64,000 bases of DNA from NCBI RefSeq assembly GCF_006345805.1, contig NC_042997.1, positions 190,712,001 to 190,776,000 of the forward strand, given 5' to 3'. This stretch comes from Octopus sinensis. Taxonomy: Eukaryota. Position numbers and translations under genes: made by a program. Below are positions 25,844-38,935 of this stretch, piece by piece. Each line of letters starts with the position of its first letter. Position 1 is the stretch's first letter. The notes beneath the pieces are model-generated. The model was not told the origin of the DNA and searched no databases. It was given only the letters and a program-made list of their open reading frames with translations.

Positions 25844-26243
25844 GGCGTAGGAGTGACTGTGAAGTAAGTAGCTAGCTAACCAACCACATGGTTCCGGGTT
25901 CAGTCCCACTGCCTGGCATCTTGGGTAAGTGTCTTCTGCTATAGCCTCGGGCCGACCAATGCCTTGTGAGTGGATTTGGTAGACAGAAACTGAAAGAAGC
26001 CTGTCGTATATATGTATATATATATATGTGTGTGTGTGTGTTTGTGTGTCTGTGTTTGTCCCCCTAGCATTGCTTGACAACCGATGCTGGTGTGTTTACG
26101 TCCCCGTCACTTAGCGGTTCGGCAAAAGAGACCGATAGAATAAGTACTGGGCTTATAAAGAATAAGTCCCGGGGTCGATTTGCTCGACTAAAAGGCGGTG
26201 CTCCAGCATGGCCGCAATCAAATGACTGAAACAAGTAAAAGAG
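25844..26243 (+). mobile_element. SINE A, full length
   Basis: ggcgtaggagtgactgtg...gactgaaacaagtaaaagag. Confidence 0.9.
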
Positions 26244-26255
26244 TATATATATACT

Positions 26256-26627
26256 GGCGTAGGAGTTACTGTGAGGTAAGTGGCTTCCGTACCAACGACA
26301 TGGTTCCGGGTTCAGTCCCACTGCGTGGGATCTGGAGCGAGTGTCTTCTACTATAGGCTCGGGTCAATCAAGGCCTTGTGAGTGGATTTGGTAGACGGAA
26401 ACTGAAAGAAGCCCGTCGTATATATGTATATATATATATGTGTGTGTGTATGTTTGTGTGTCTGTGTTTTTCCCCTCAACATCGCTTGACAACCGATGCT
26501 GGTGTGTTTACGTCCCCGTAACCTAGCGGTTAGAATAAGTACTAAGCTTACAAAGATTAAGTCCTGGGTCGACTGAAGGCAGTGCTCCGGCATGGCCACA
26601 TTCAAATGACTGAAACAAGTAAAAGAG
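26256..26627 (+). mobile_element. SINE A, second head-to-tail copy
   Basis: Follows the previous copy after tatatatatact, the same 5' flank that precedes the first copy. Confidence 0.88.
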
Positions 26628-27179
26628 TATATATATATGTATTTTTGTGTGCATACGTGCACATGAATACACATATCCATATTGAATATCATAGATAGAT
26701 AGGCATATAGATAGAAATGTATATAATATTTGTGTGTGTCGATGTACAGTATTTAAGCGTCTGTGTATGTATATGCGTGAGCGCCGCGCGCGTTTAAACA
26801 TCTTTGCACAGGATTATAAACACTAATTGGGTTTACTGTACAGAAGGATTGGAAATGAGAATATATGACATCTACACCAGGTTTGCGATTAACATTCAAG
26901 TAGGTCTCATATATATATATATATATGTGGAGGGAGGGGGGTAAATATGAAGAAACTGACATATGTTTTTATAAGCGTCGAAATGTGTATAGAACGATAC
27001 AAATTAGATGATGTATTTTCGAATGCAGATTTGCCGTTGGAACAACCGAAATACTGGAAGAATTACTCTTACAAAGCGGAAAAATGTATCAACAACTAGC
27101 TTTATAAAGGAAATTCACCCTGTATTTCTGCAGTTCTACCGGCAGATCTGCGTTCGAAAAATATCTTCTAATTGTATCG

Positions 27180-27248
<69 letters not shown>

Positions 27249-27330
27249 ATGTGTGTGTGTGTGGGGGTGTGGGTAATCGTTGGCGAATTTCTTCTCCGTC
27301 TTCCCTTCCTTGGACCTTTCCTTTTTCTAT

Positions 27331-27364
27331 GTTTCTGACGAGAGCTCCGCTCGAAACGTTAAAT
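27331..27364 (+). ncRNA. Minimal type I hammerhead ribozyme motif
   Basis: gttt-CTGACGA-gagc(tcc)gctc-GAAA-cg-T-T-aaat. Stem I gttt/aaat (one G:U pair), 4-bp stem II, palindromic ACGT stem III that needs a dimer, putative cleavage after GUU at 27360. Confidence 0.65.
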
Positions 27365-27461
27365 CCTCCTTCTTTCTTTCATTTCCTGAGCGTCCTCGCG
27401 TTGTTGTGTTTTCTCTTTGCTCATGTTTGGATAAACTATATCTATGACTATGTGTGTCTGA

Positions 27462-27499
<38 letters not shown>

Positions 27500-27504
<5 letters not shown>

Positions 27505-27650
27505 CAAATGGCTTCTTTCAGTTTCCGTATACCATATCCACTCTCAAGGCCTTGCTCAGACTGGAGATATAAAAGGTAGCACACAGTTGAACCGAACCCC
27601 AAACCAGATTATTGGCAAACAAGTTACTTGTATGCAGAGGCACGCCTGAG
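27500..27650 (-). mobile_element. SINE A 5' half, degenerate
   Basis: ggcttctttcagtttccgtatacca..ccactctcaaggcctt..gaaccccaaacca. Confidence 0.6.
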
Positions 27651-27699
27651 CCTATATAAACACACACAAGTAGACAGACAAACAGCCAGTCAGGCAAAC

Positions 27700-27734
27700 A
27701 GACAAACAAACGGATAGACAGATAGATAGGTAGG

Positions 27735-27791
<57 letters not shown>
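27700..27791. repeat. (GACA)/(GGTA)/(GATA)n compound tetranucleotide repeat, 3' flank of the Tx1-like LINE
   Basis: Seen directly. Confidence 0.95.
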
Positions 27792-27792
<1 letters not shown>

Positions 27793-28189
27793 TGTTTCTT
27801 TATTAGCCACACAGGGCTGCACACAGATAGAACAAATTACAAGGTAGAGCTTTTCTTTTGAAGGTTTAAAAAAAAAAAAAAAAAAAAAAAGAAGGGGGAG
27901 TTTCGATCAAAAGGGATCGTAAAAGGAGAGAAAGAGGACAAAAGAAAGGGGGGGTTAAAAAAAAAAAAAAGGGGGAGAGGAAAAAAAAATTGATCAATAG
28001 GGATCGTTATCACAGAAATGTCAATATGAAGTGTAAAGGGGAGGACAGGTGAGGTTTACCCGTGGAAAGAAAAGCCTACGGAAAAGACCACGGTAACCTC
28101 GGTCAATGAAGTCACATTTTATATTTCTTTTTTTTTTTTTTTTTTTTTTTTTTTGCAAATAAGCAACTCTCTGTTTTCGATTTCTGAGT

Positions 28190-31100
28190 TCATAGGACTA
28201 TGCTCAAGGTGGCTTCGTCATTCATACGTGCCATTCTTGCTACATTCACCCATCTTTTTTTAAAACATTCGCTAGACAAAACTTGCCTCTCTACTCTCAC
28301 TTTCCTTTTCAAGTGGTACTTGAAGAAGTTGATGAGAGATTGACCAGAGAGGAAAGTGTTTGTCTCCAATCCTTTCAGACGCGTCCACCAGATACATTCT
28401 TTCGCCATAGCCACAAGGATGTATCTGGTGGACGCGTCTTCCTTCCCGTTTGAAGGAAGGAGGCGTGACAATATTGACGATAGACTCAGCTGATAAACCG
28501 ACTCGTCCCACACGTGACAGCAGTTGTTCGACATAAGCCCACAGGTCGAAATTGTTGGACACTAAACGAGTGCGTGCAGAACGGTTTCGTCGCTCTGACC
28601 GCATCTCGGGCAGGTCGGCCCCGTGTTTCTCGAGCCGTGTCTGTAGAGCTTATCCCGAACGGGTAGCGCTTCTCGGTAGCACTGCCAGGCCAGGGATCTC
28701 TGGAAGTTGTCCATGGGCCCTGGCCCGAAAGTCGTCCCGAACAGGCGGTCAGGTACTCCTCGTCGACGTCCAGGTTCGCCCCGAGCTCGTCGTCGTACCC
28801 CCCCTCCACTAAACCCCTATAGAATGCTTTGGTTGTGTTGAAGTCACTTAAGGTCGACCCAGGACGGCAGAGTTGCTTGAGAGCAACGCGACACTCGCGG
28901 TGCATTCGCCCTTCCTCGGCCTCTTTTTGATCCACGACTGCAGTTCGGTCATGGAGACGAGCTGCGGGAAAGCGTGCCTCACAAACGGCGACCACACCTG
29001 TTCACCGTCGTCTACATAGAGCCAGAGATGTCGCAGTCTCAGCGCGTGTCTGTGCATCATCAACCACGGCATGCCCAGCCCTCCTTTTAACGGGTGTTGA
29101 CAGCAAATGGATCGCCTGACCATCGGGACGCATCCTTTCCACAAGAAGCGAAAGAGGATGCGTTGTAGTTTGGTGATGGTAGGGTCGGGACAAGGTACGA
29201 CGGTCAGGCGGTAGTAGATGACGGACGCGATGTACGTGTTCGCCACCTCCGCTCGACCTTTTAGGGACAGTTTCCTCTCGGCCCATTGCCGGGCGAGAGT
29301 GACCACCCTACTCGTTATCTCGTTCCAGTTCTTCTCCACTTGGAGGTCCGGACCAAACCAGACCCCGAGCAACTCAACCGGGCCGTCGGTCCAGCGTCCC
29401 ACGACGGAGGCGCTGGTGGACGGCATGGGCTTGCTTCTCCAGGTGCCTAGTCGCAAGCCCACTGACTTTTCCCGGTTGATTTTCGCTCCTGTCACCGCTT
29501 CGTAGTTTTTCAGTGTCTCGCCGACCAGCTCGATGTGCTCGTGGCTAGACACTATGACGGTGACGTCGTCCGCGTATGCAGACACGCTCGTCCCGCATCC
29601 CAATTCTCGCGGGATGCCCCTTAGAGTCGCCAGCTTCCGCAGTAGTGGCTCAAGAGTCAATACGTATAGAAGCGCCGAGAGGGGGCATCCCTGACGGACC
29701 GAACGTGCAATGTCGAAAGGTCTCGATAGATGTCCATTTACGCGAATTACCGAACGGATGCCTCTGTACAAGGCAGCTATCCAGCCGCGGAAGACGGGAC
29801 CGAAACCAGCCGCTCTCAGGACTGCCTCCAAGTATCGATGGTCTACCCTATCAAAGGCTTTCGATTGATCCAAGTTGATCAGGGCCCCACCCATGCCAGG
29901 TTCGTTAACTACCCTGTCTATGATGTAGCGCATCAGATGGAGGTTGTCATGGATGGTCCGGCCTGGCACGGCGCATGTTTGCGCCTTGTCGACCAGTTTC
30001 TCGATGACAAGCGCCAACTTCTTGGCTAGCACCTTGGCCAAAATTTTCAAGTCTGCATTAATCAGAGTGATGGGCCTAAAGTTATCTATTACATTTCCCT
30101 TGTTTAGATCTTTCTTCAGCAGTGTTACGGCTCCTCGGCTCACAAAACCAGGAATGCTCCCGTTTTGCTGCCAGTTTCAGTACACCGCCGCCAAGAGATC
30201 TCCAAACAAGTCTGGCATACAATTGTAAAGCTCGTAGGGTAGACCATCCAAACCCGGTGATTTGTCCCTCGAGCATTCTGCCATCGCTTCCCGCACTTCC
30301 GCCGCCGTGATGGCACCTTCGCAGCACCCTGCCCTTCTTGTCGAGAGTCGTGTAGGCTATGTAGGTAGGCACTGAAGTCCACCCTACGTTCTTGCCCTCC
30401 ACTCGTTCCGAACAGTCGGGCAAAATGCTGCTGAAAGGCCTCACACATTTTACTTGGCTCGAGCAATTCGCGCCCCTGTTCATCTACCAGTGACCGAATG
30501 GTGGCTTTGTTGCCCTGTTGCGCCTCTGCCACCCGGGCCTCTCTCGCGGCTCCAACACCTTCGTTCCTTAGAGCACGCATCCTAGCTCTGACAGCACATC
30601 CTTCGTGTTTGGCGTTGAAGTGCTGGTCGAGGGCCAACCTCGCCGCCAAAACGTCGGATGCGATGCCGCTTCTAATTGCCTCTTCTAGCTTCTTAACTAG
30701 CTCACCCTCTACTCTATTTCTATCTATGGCTAGTGCTTTGCTGTACCTAATCGCTTCTGCTTTTACTGCTCTCTTGAGGGCAAACCACCATTTGTTGTTG
30801 ATGATGGCTCCCGTCAAAGCCCTCTTTACTAGTGTGCTAATCCGGTCTCTGAAAACTTGTCTCGATGGAAAGACGCGTTTAGTTTCCAGTATCCGGGACC
30901 CTGCCTAAGTGTCTTACCTAAGTCTAGCGTACATGTCACAAGTTTGTGATCCGTGTAGCTGACTATGTGGAATTGTGGACATCCTATGCTATCTCTATCT
31001 ACTGTCCTACACAGTATCCTATCTAGATACGATCTCGACGACCCGATGCGGTTGCTCCATGTCCACGTTGGCGCATTCGGGTGGTCTAGTCGGAACCTGT

Positions 31101-31625
31101 CAGACAGTTGAAAGCGTCTGAGCAGGTCTCTGAGGCATTTGCATCCCCGTCTATTCCTATCTCTACCCACGTAGTCTACATGCGTGTCCAAGGTAGCATT
31201 CCAATCCCCCACTAAGAGTAAAGGACGAGACGTTCCAAGAAAACTTCTAGACGTTGAAAGAAATCCGCCCGACCTGTTAAGGGCGGTGCGTAAACTGATA
31301 CGAGTCGAAAAGCGCACCCATTGCTGCCGTCGACATCCAGGACGACCAGTCTACCCTCCGGGTCTACGAATATTGTCCTTACATTGAGATCCAGACTCTT
31401 GTGAAAAAGTACCGCGGTGCCACTACCGCCCATTCTCGGCAGACAGGGGGAAAAAAAAATGTTGAACTGTCCGCCAAACATGGTCTTTAGGGCCCGCGGA
31501 TTGTGGAGTCTGGTCTCGCTTATGGCTATGATTTCTAACTTATGTGACTTTATGTCATTTAAGAGGTACCCTTGTTTCCAAGGGGACCCCAAGCCACGCG
31601 CATTTACACAACCAATCTTGATCAT
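28190..31625 (-). pseudogene. Tx1-like LINE ORF2 (AP endonuclease, reverse transcriptase, C-terminal CCHC), disrupted
   Basis: IGCVNARGL, ISETRL, VGDWNA, SYLDRI, TDHK, WKLNAS; KSPGLDGLPYELY; FRPITLIN, LDQSKAFDRVDH, SVRQGCPLS, AYADDV; CPRCGQSDETVLHALV*C. Several frameshifts and at least two in-frame stops. Confidence 0.92.
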
Positions 31626-31639
31626 AGTTCTAATGAATT

Positions 31640-33653
31640 AGAATACAGAGGGTTACTTACTGCTCGAAAGTTTTTGCTTTCTCCTCCGTTGGTTTGTCCT
31701 CGAGAAGGTCCCAGTACAGTTTCTTTGTGAGATATTTTTGGCATTTACCAACCGCACTGGGGAAAATGCCTTTGAGTGTGTGGTGCAGACTTTTGGAGAT
31801 GTGTAATATTTTGATGTGGTCTGGTGGTGTTGTGTATGGGTGATTGTTTGTTTTATGTCATCTTCTGTTATGTTTGTTTTTGATTGGATTATTCCATCAA
31901 TTTGTGTTTTTGGTGTCTATGGCTGTGAGCATGTTTGCTGTATATGTTTTTGTGGTGTTGGTGTGGCTGTTGTTTGCGTTGGGTTTTGAAATGTCTTCGG
32001 GAGATGTATTTCCCCCTGCTTTGTTCGTGTTTGCATTTGGTTTGGTTGTGTTTCTGCTCTTTATTTTCCTTCTTTTTGTAGCTATTTGCCATTCCTCACT
32101 GGTTTCGTCTCTCCGACGAAATTCTGAGGAATCAGAAGGGGGTAGGGGTATGTTGTGGGCTTCTATGTATGTCTGTGTAAGTGGTTGTGTTGTTGTTTTC
32201 GTTGTTGTTGGTTGTTGAGTGTTTGTGTGTTGAGTGCGGTATAAGGGATGGGGGATCAGTTTGTGTGTGTTTTCTTTGTTTTTCTGTTCCTTTGGGTTTT
32301 GCTGTTGATGGTGGTGTTGGTATTTTTTCAGGTGTCGAGTGGTTTTTGGTTGATGACGGATTAGCTTGGTGTGCTTCTCTTGTCGTCTTCTGTGTTGATG
32401 GTGGTGTGGGTAGTAGAGCTTTTTTTCCGGAGTGCTTTGGTTGTGGTAGTGGTTGTTGTTGTTGCTCTTGGTGTGCAGTGGTTGGGCACGTCTTTTTCAA
32501 GTGTGTTTCGCTTCCACACAAATAGCAGCGTGGTCGCCTGCCCTCTACCACTATATAGAGTTTGTAGCCTCCTGGCAGTTCTATAGCGGTGGGTATCTTC
32601 TCTCTTGCTGCTTCATCCAATTGAAGCAGGAATTCGATTGATTTGCCCACATAGTCTTTCTCTCCTAGAACCGCGATTTCCAGGATGTTTGTCTCTGACA
32701 TTGTCTCTGACATTTCAAAGCAGATGGCAGAGACCAACCATTGTGTTTCGACATCAAATGGTATGTTTTTTATTTGGACTTTCGTGACCCTTTTGTTTAA
32801 ATAGACTGGTATCATTACCAAGTCGTCCGAATGCAGCTCCAATGTGGAAAAACGTTTTGCTAAACTTTCGTTGAGGAAACGTACTTGGACTGTACCAAAT
32901 TTGTTTCCCCAACTGATATATTCCTTGGAGTCCCATGCAGGACGAAGGCATTTATCGATTTTTTCCTGCGGTGCATTTTCTGTTCTTCTTGTTTTTTTGT
33001 TTATTACTTTATAAATTATTGTTTTTTTTGTGTGTTTTCCACGATGTGTTGTGGAATATGAAGGTGCAATTTGTCTCCTTCTTTGGAGAAGAGTGCCTTT
33101 GTGCGGTTTATCTCTTGTGTGGTGAATGTTACAATTGTTCTTTTTTGTTTTGTTACGTCCGCAAAATTCGTTTTGAATTTGGCAGTAGAAGTGTTATTGT
33201 GGCAGTGTTAATTGAAGTCATGGTAGTGGTGTTGGTGTTGGCGGTATTAGCAGCAGAAGGCTTGGATGTAGCATTTGACGTCGTAGTAGTGGTGTTGGTG
33301 TTGGCGGTGTTGTCTTTGGTAGGCGGCTTTGTGCCAATTTCGTTGTTGTTGTTGTTGTTGGTGGTGATGGTGGTGGTGCTGGCATTCATGTTTTCGTTTG
33401 TATTCATTTTTGAAATCCCTTTCTCTCTGTCCCTTTATTATCAACAAGTGGTGGGGAGTGAGGGGAAATCTAAGTTAATGTCTTTGGTCGCGGCGATGGT
33501 GAATGCGACGTTAGATTTGTTGTTGTTGTTGTGGTAGTGGTGATGGTGGTGACAGCGGTGTTCACGCTGCGATGTTTAGCACTAGTGGTAGCAATAGTGT
33601 TTTGCTACCGTCTGCATGACTGGCGGGCTAGCCACGTGGTTTCTAGTTGCCAT
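31640..33653 (-). pseudogene. Tx1-like LINE ORF1 (gag-like), frameshifted
   Basis: ATG at 33653. T/N-rich low-complexity N-terminus, RRM-like FGTVQVRFLNESLAKRFSTLELHSDDLVMIPVYLNKRVTKVQIKNIPFDV, zinc knuckle CYLCGSETHLKKTC (ORF 32132..32842), P/T/Q-rich C-terminus. Confidence 0.8.
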
Positions 33654-33873
33654 TTTCAAAATGAAAAATGGCTAAAAAAACCCACGAAAGTTTTGAAAGT
33701 TTTTTTGTAATTTCGCCCATACAGGGGCGGAATTCTACGTGAATAATTCTCAGGTTTTTTAGTGAATGAACTTGCACAACGATTAAAACAAAATATTTGA
33801 CAACAAGGAATTTTAAACATGTAAAAGTGGCCAACTTACGTAGAGCCGATATGACTAGCGTCCGTCCATTGTG

Positions 33874-34215
<342 letters not shown>

Positions 34216-35053
34216 TGGTAGGTAGGTCGGTAGATCTGACTTTAAAGAGTCTATATCACATATATAATTATATACATATATAAATGTATGTACATAACTC
34301 GTTGCAGTCATGTGTTGATCTGTGTGTCTAAGAATGTTTGTGCGTCTGTTTCTGTGTATGAGTGAGTGAGAGAGAGAGGAGGTGCGCGCATGCATGTGCG
34401 TGTGTACGTTTGTCTGTAGTGTTTGTACGACTTATGTTCTACGGTTGTTATATTTTCTTTTTTGTGTGTGTATGGTTACATATTCAAATTATTAATACAA
34501 CTCAAGACAGGGAAATTCATGTGTAGATTCTTTCAAATTATCATTTAATTCTCAGTATGGTTAATTAACGGATTGATTAATTTTCCTGTTGAGGTCTTGC
34601 TGCTTTTATCATATACGATTTCAATTTCGTGATTTATTTCTATCGTCATTTAAAAAATTAATTTTCTTTTTATTTTCACGCAGACACACACACACACACA
34701 CACACAAACACACACGCACTTACACATACACACATACATTACAGGCGTGCATAAACGCACATGTCAATTCACAAACGTTTAATTCGAACTTTAAGCATAA
34801 GCTTATCTCTAGTATTCGTATGACATACATACATACAAACACACAAATATACTCGTATAAATGCACATAGCTACGTGCGGCGTCACACGCACATTCAGCT
34901 GGGCCACGTATATTTATATACACACACGTCCAAAGACGCATTAACTACACAGACTCACAAACATAGAATGAATATACACTTTCACAGAAACATCACAAAA
35001 TCACTATATATAGTTTTACTTTCATATACTTAAATATACATTTTCTCAAAACA

Positions 35054-35576
35054 TTACATATATAGACAAAAAATATATATGTATATATATATATGTATAT
35101 ATATGTATATATGTATGTATATGTATGTATATATATATGTATGTCTATATAAGTGTATGTATATATGTATGCTTATATATATATTTATATTATATATGTG
35201 TGTATCTATATATATATGTATGTATATATGCATGTATATAAGTATATATATGTATATATGCATGTATATATGTATATATATGTATGTATAAATGCATGTA
35301 TATATGTATATATATATGTATGTATAAATGCATGTATATATGTATATATATGTATGTATAAATGCATGTATATATGTATATATATGTATGTATATATGCA
35401 TGTATATATGTATATATATGTATGTATAAATGCATGTATATATGTATATATGTGTATGTATGTATGTATATATATATGTATATGTATGTATGTATATATG
35501 CACGTATATATGTATATATATATGTGTGTGTGTGTGTATACCTAAAATATATATGTATGTATATTACATATATATT

Positions 35577-35616
<40 letters not shown>

Positions 35617-36075
35617 TATGTATGTTTATACGTAGATATATATGTATGTATATATATATGTATGTATATATATATATGTATATATATATGTATATAAATA
35701 TATATATATATTTATATATATGTATGTATATGTATATATATGTATATATACATGTATATATATATGCATATAAATATACGTATATTTATATATATGTATG
35801 TACATATATATACATGTATGTATCTATATGTATGTATGCATATATATATACATTTATATATGTATGTATATGCATGTATATATGTATATATATATATGTC
35901 TAGATATATATGTATATATATGTATATATATATGCGTATATATATATGTATATATATATTTATCTCTACATATATGTATATATATTATATATATATATAT
36001 GTATCTATGCATATATGTATATATTATATATATATATAATATATATATATATATATTATATATATAATATATATT

Positions 36076-36130
<55 letters not shown>
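35054..36130. repeat. ~1.1-kb degenerate (TA/TATG)n array with a ~34-bp higher-order unit
   Basis: atgcatgtata recurs at ~30-36-bp spacing between ~35228 and ~35430. Confidence 0.9.
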
Positions 36131-36132
<2 letters not shown>

Positions 36133-36388
36133 TCTCTATATGTGTTTGTGCGTATTTGATATACACACACAAACATACATATAATGACCTGGAGGTGGGA
36201 GGTGTGCGTGTGTGTGTCATTTATAATTGAAAGAAATATTATACTAAAGATGTTTAACTATATCATAATGAGCACAGTAGGTGTAAAAGCGCCTTTCAAC
36301 ATCATACCGCTGCTTTAACTACTACTACTGATGATGATGATGATGCTACCACTACAACTACTACTGCTAGTAAAATTAATAACTGTAC

Positions 36389-36455
<67 letters not shown>

Positions 36456-36486
36456 GTTGTTGTTGTTGTTATTATTATTTTTATTA

Positions 36487-36700
36487 AGACGGCGAGCCGG
36501 CAGAATCGTTAGCACGCTGGACGAAATGCGTAGCGGTATTTCGTCCGTCGCTACGTTCTGAGTTCAAATTCCATCGAGTTCGACTTTGCCTTTCATCCTT
36601 TCGGGTTCCATGAACTAAATACCAGTTAAGCACCGGGGTCGATGTAGTCGACTGAATCCCTTCTCCCAAATTTGAGACCTTGTGCTTCCAGCAGAAAGAT
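36487..36700 (+). mobile_element. SINE B1
   Basis: gacggcgagccggcagaatcgttagcacg..gagttcaaattcc..gtcgatgtagtcgac. Confidence 0.85.
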
Positions 36701-36864
36701 TGTTATTATTATTATCATTATTATTATTATTATTATCATTATTATTATTATTATCATTATCATTATTATTATTATCATCATTATTATTATTATTATCATC
36801 ATTATTATTATTATTATCATCATTATTATTATTATTATTTATTATCATCATCATTATTATTATA

Positions 36865-36895
<31 letters not shown>

Positions 36896-37024
36896 TATTA
36901 TCATTATCATTATTATTATTATCATCATTATTATATTATTATCATCATTATTATTATTATTATCATCATTATTATTATTATTATCATTATCATCATTATT
37001 ATTATTATTATCATTATTATTATT

Positions 37025-37110
<86 letters not shown>

Positions 37111-37322
37111 AGCGGCGAGTTGGCTTAATCAATAGCTCGCTGCACGAAATGCTTACCGGTATTTCGTCTGCCGTTACGTTCTGACTTCAAATTCTGTCAA
37201 GGTCGACGTTGCCTTTCATCTTTTTGGGATTGATAAATTAAGTACCAGTCAAGTACTGGGGTCTATGTAATCGACTTACCCCTCCCCGAAAATTTCAGGC
37301 ATTGTGCCCATATTAGAATGGA
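37111..37322 (+). mobile_element. SINE B1
   Basis: gcggcgagttggc..gtatttcgtctgccgttacg..cccctccccgaaaatttcaggcattgtgcc. Confidence 0.85.
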
Positions 37323-37372
37323 TTATTATTATTGTTGTTGTTGTTATTATAATAATTATTATTATTATTGAT

Positions 37373-37613
37373 CGCGTGGCTTAGTGGTTAGGATGTCAGC
37401 ATCATGATCATAAGATTGTGGTTTCGATTCCTGGACGGGCGACGCGTTGTTTCCTTGAGCAAAACACTTCATTTCACGTTGCTTCAGTCCACTCAACTGG
37501 CAAAAATGAGTAACGCTGCGATGGAGTGGTGTCCAGTCCAGCTGGGTAACACATACGCCATAGAAACCGGGAAACCGGGCCCATGAGCCTGGCTAGGCTT
37601 TAAAAGGGCGCAT
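37373..37613 (+). mobile_element. SINE family C
   Basis: gtggcttagtggttagg..ggtttcgattcc; CORE-like ccttgagcaaaacacttcatttcacg; gcgatggagtggtgtccagtccagc; tail gggcccatgagcctggctaggctttaaaagggcgcat. Confidence 0.87.
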
Positions 37614-37621
37614 TTATTTCA

Positions 37622-37677
<56 letters not shown>

Positions 37678-37732
37678 TTTATAAAATCATCATCATCATT
37701 ATTTTTTTTTATTATTATTATCATCATCATTA

Positions 37733-37776
<44 letters not shown>

Positions 37777-37858
37777 CATCATCATCATTATTATTATTTT
37801 TATTATTATTATCATCATCATAATTATCATTATTATTTTTATTATCATCATCATCATA

Positions 37859-37903
<45 letters not shown>

Positions 37904-38100
37904 GCAGCTGGCTAGCAGAAACTTTAGCACGCCAGGCAAAATTCTTAGCAGCAATTTGTCCGAGTTCAAATTCTGTCGAGGTCCACTTTGTCTTTCATCC
38001 TTTCGAAGTCGATAAAATAAGTTCCTGTTGAGTGCCGGGATCAATGTAATCGATTAATCCCTCCAACGAAATTGATGGCCTTGTACCAACATTTCAAACC
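37904..38100 (+). mobile_element. SINE B1, diverged
   Basis: ttagcacgccaggcaaaat..gagttcaaattc..ggccttgtaccaacatttcaaacc. Confidence 0.8.
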
Positions 38101-38400
38101 AACACTTGTTACAGTAAGGGCCAATAAAGAAACGGGAAAAATATGACTACCTTTTAAAAAAGACTTTCCAAAAACTAACAGCCAAGTAAGTAGGGGATTT
38201 TAGCCAGAGAAAGAAATGAATTAAAATAAGCCGCTGCAGCCATTAAAAACAGTTGTAAATCTAGAGAAATGTATTGAAGGAAGTCAACAAATATAAAATA
38301 GAGACGGATGTATCATATAATTGTGAGGTGGAGTGAGAAACAAATCGCTGAAACGAGTAGTAACTTGGGTGAAAATGTGACAGTAGAATGTTATGCTTAG

Positions 38401-38823
38401 TTACTCTTTTACTCTTTCACTCTTTTACTTGTTTCAGTCATTTGACTGCGGCCATGCTGGAGCACCGCTTTTAGTCGATCGAATCGACCCCAGGACTTAT
38501 TCTTTGTAAGCCTAGTACTTATTGTATTGCTCTTTTGCCGAACCGCTAAGTTACGAGGACGTAAACACGCCAGCATCGGTTGTCAAGCGATGTTGGGGGG
38601 GGGGACAAACGCAGACACACAAAAGAATGCACACATATTTATACATATACATATATACGACGGGCTTCTTTCAGTTTCCGTCTACCAAATCTACCCACAA
38701 GGCTTTGGTCGGCCTGAGGCTATAGTGGAAGACACTTGCCCAAGGTGCCACGCTGCGCAGTGGGACTGAACTCGGAACCATGTGGTTCGTAAGCCTATTT
38801 ACCACACAGCCACTCCTGCGCCT
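38401..38823 (-). mobile_element. SINE A, full length
   Basis: Complete match with the other A copies. Confidence 0.9.
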
Positions 38824-38935
38824 ATAAATTAAAATAAATTAAAATAAGCCGCAACCATTAAAAATAGTTGTAAATCTGGAAAAAATGTATTTAAGAAAGT
38901 CAACAAATATAAAATAGAAGCGGATGTATCATATA

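Larger units (their letters stand above)
27792..33873 (-). mobile_element. Full-length (~6.1 kb) L1/Tx1-clade non-LTR retrotransposon, inactivated
   Basis: ~220-bp 5' UTR, ORF1 with CCHC knuckle, ORF2 APE-RT-CCHC, ~400-bp 3' UTR ending AATAAAGAAACAT (AATAAA at 27799-27804). The RT motif SVRQGCPLS and the overall layout fit Tx1-like elements. Confidence 0.9.
36320..37900. repeat. (ATT/ATC)n trinucleotide field hosting several SINEs
   Basis: Seen directly. Source of the poly-N/I/L/Y ORFs. Confidence 0.92.

Noticed and set aside
32935-33537. 200-aa hydrophobic plus-strand ORF (also 31844..32218 and 32181..32525)
   Set aside because: Antisense shadow of the low-complexity Tx1 ORF1.
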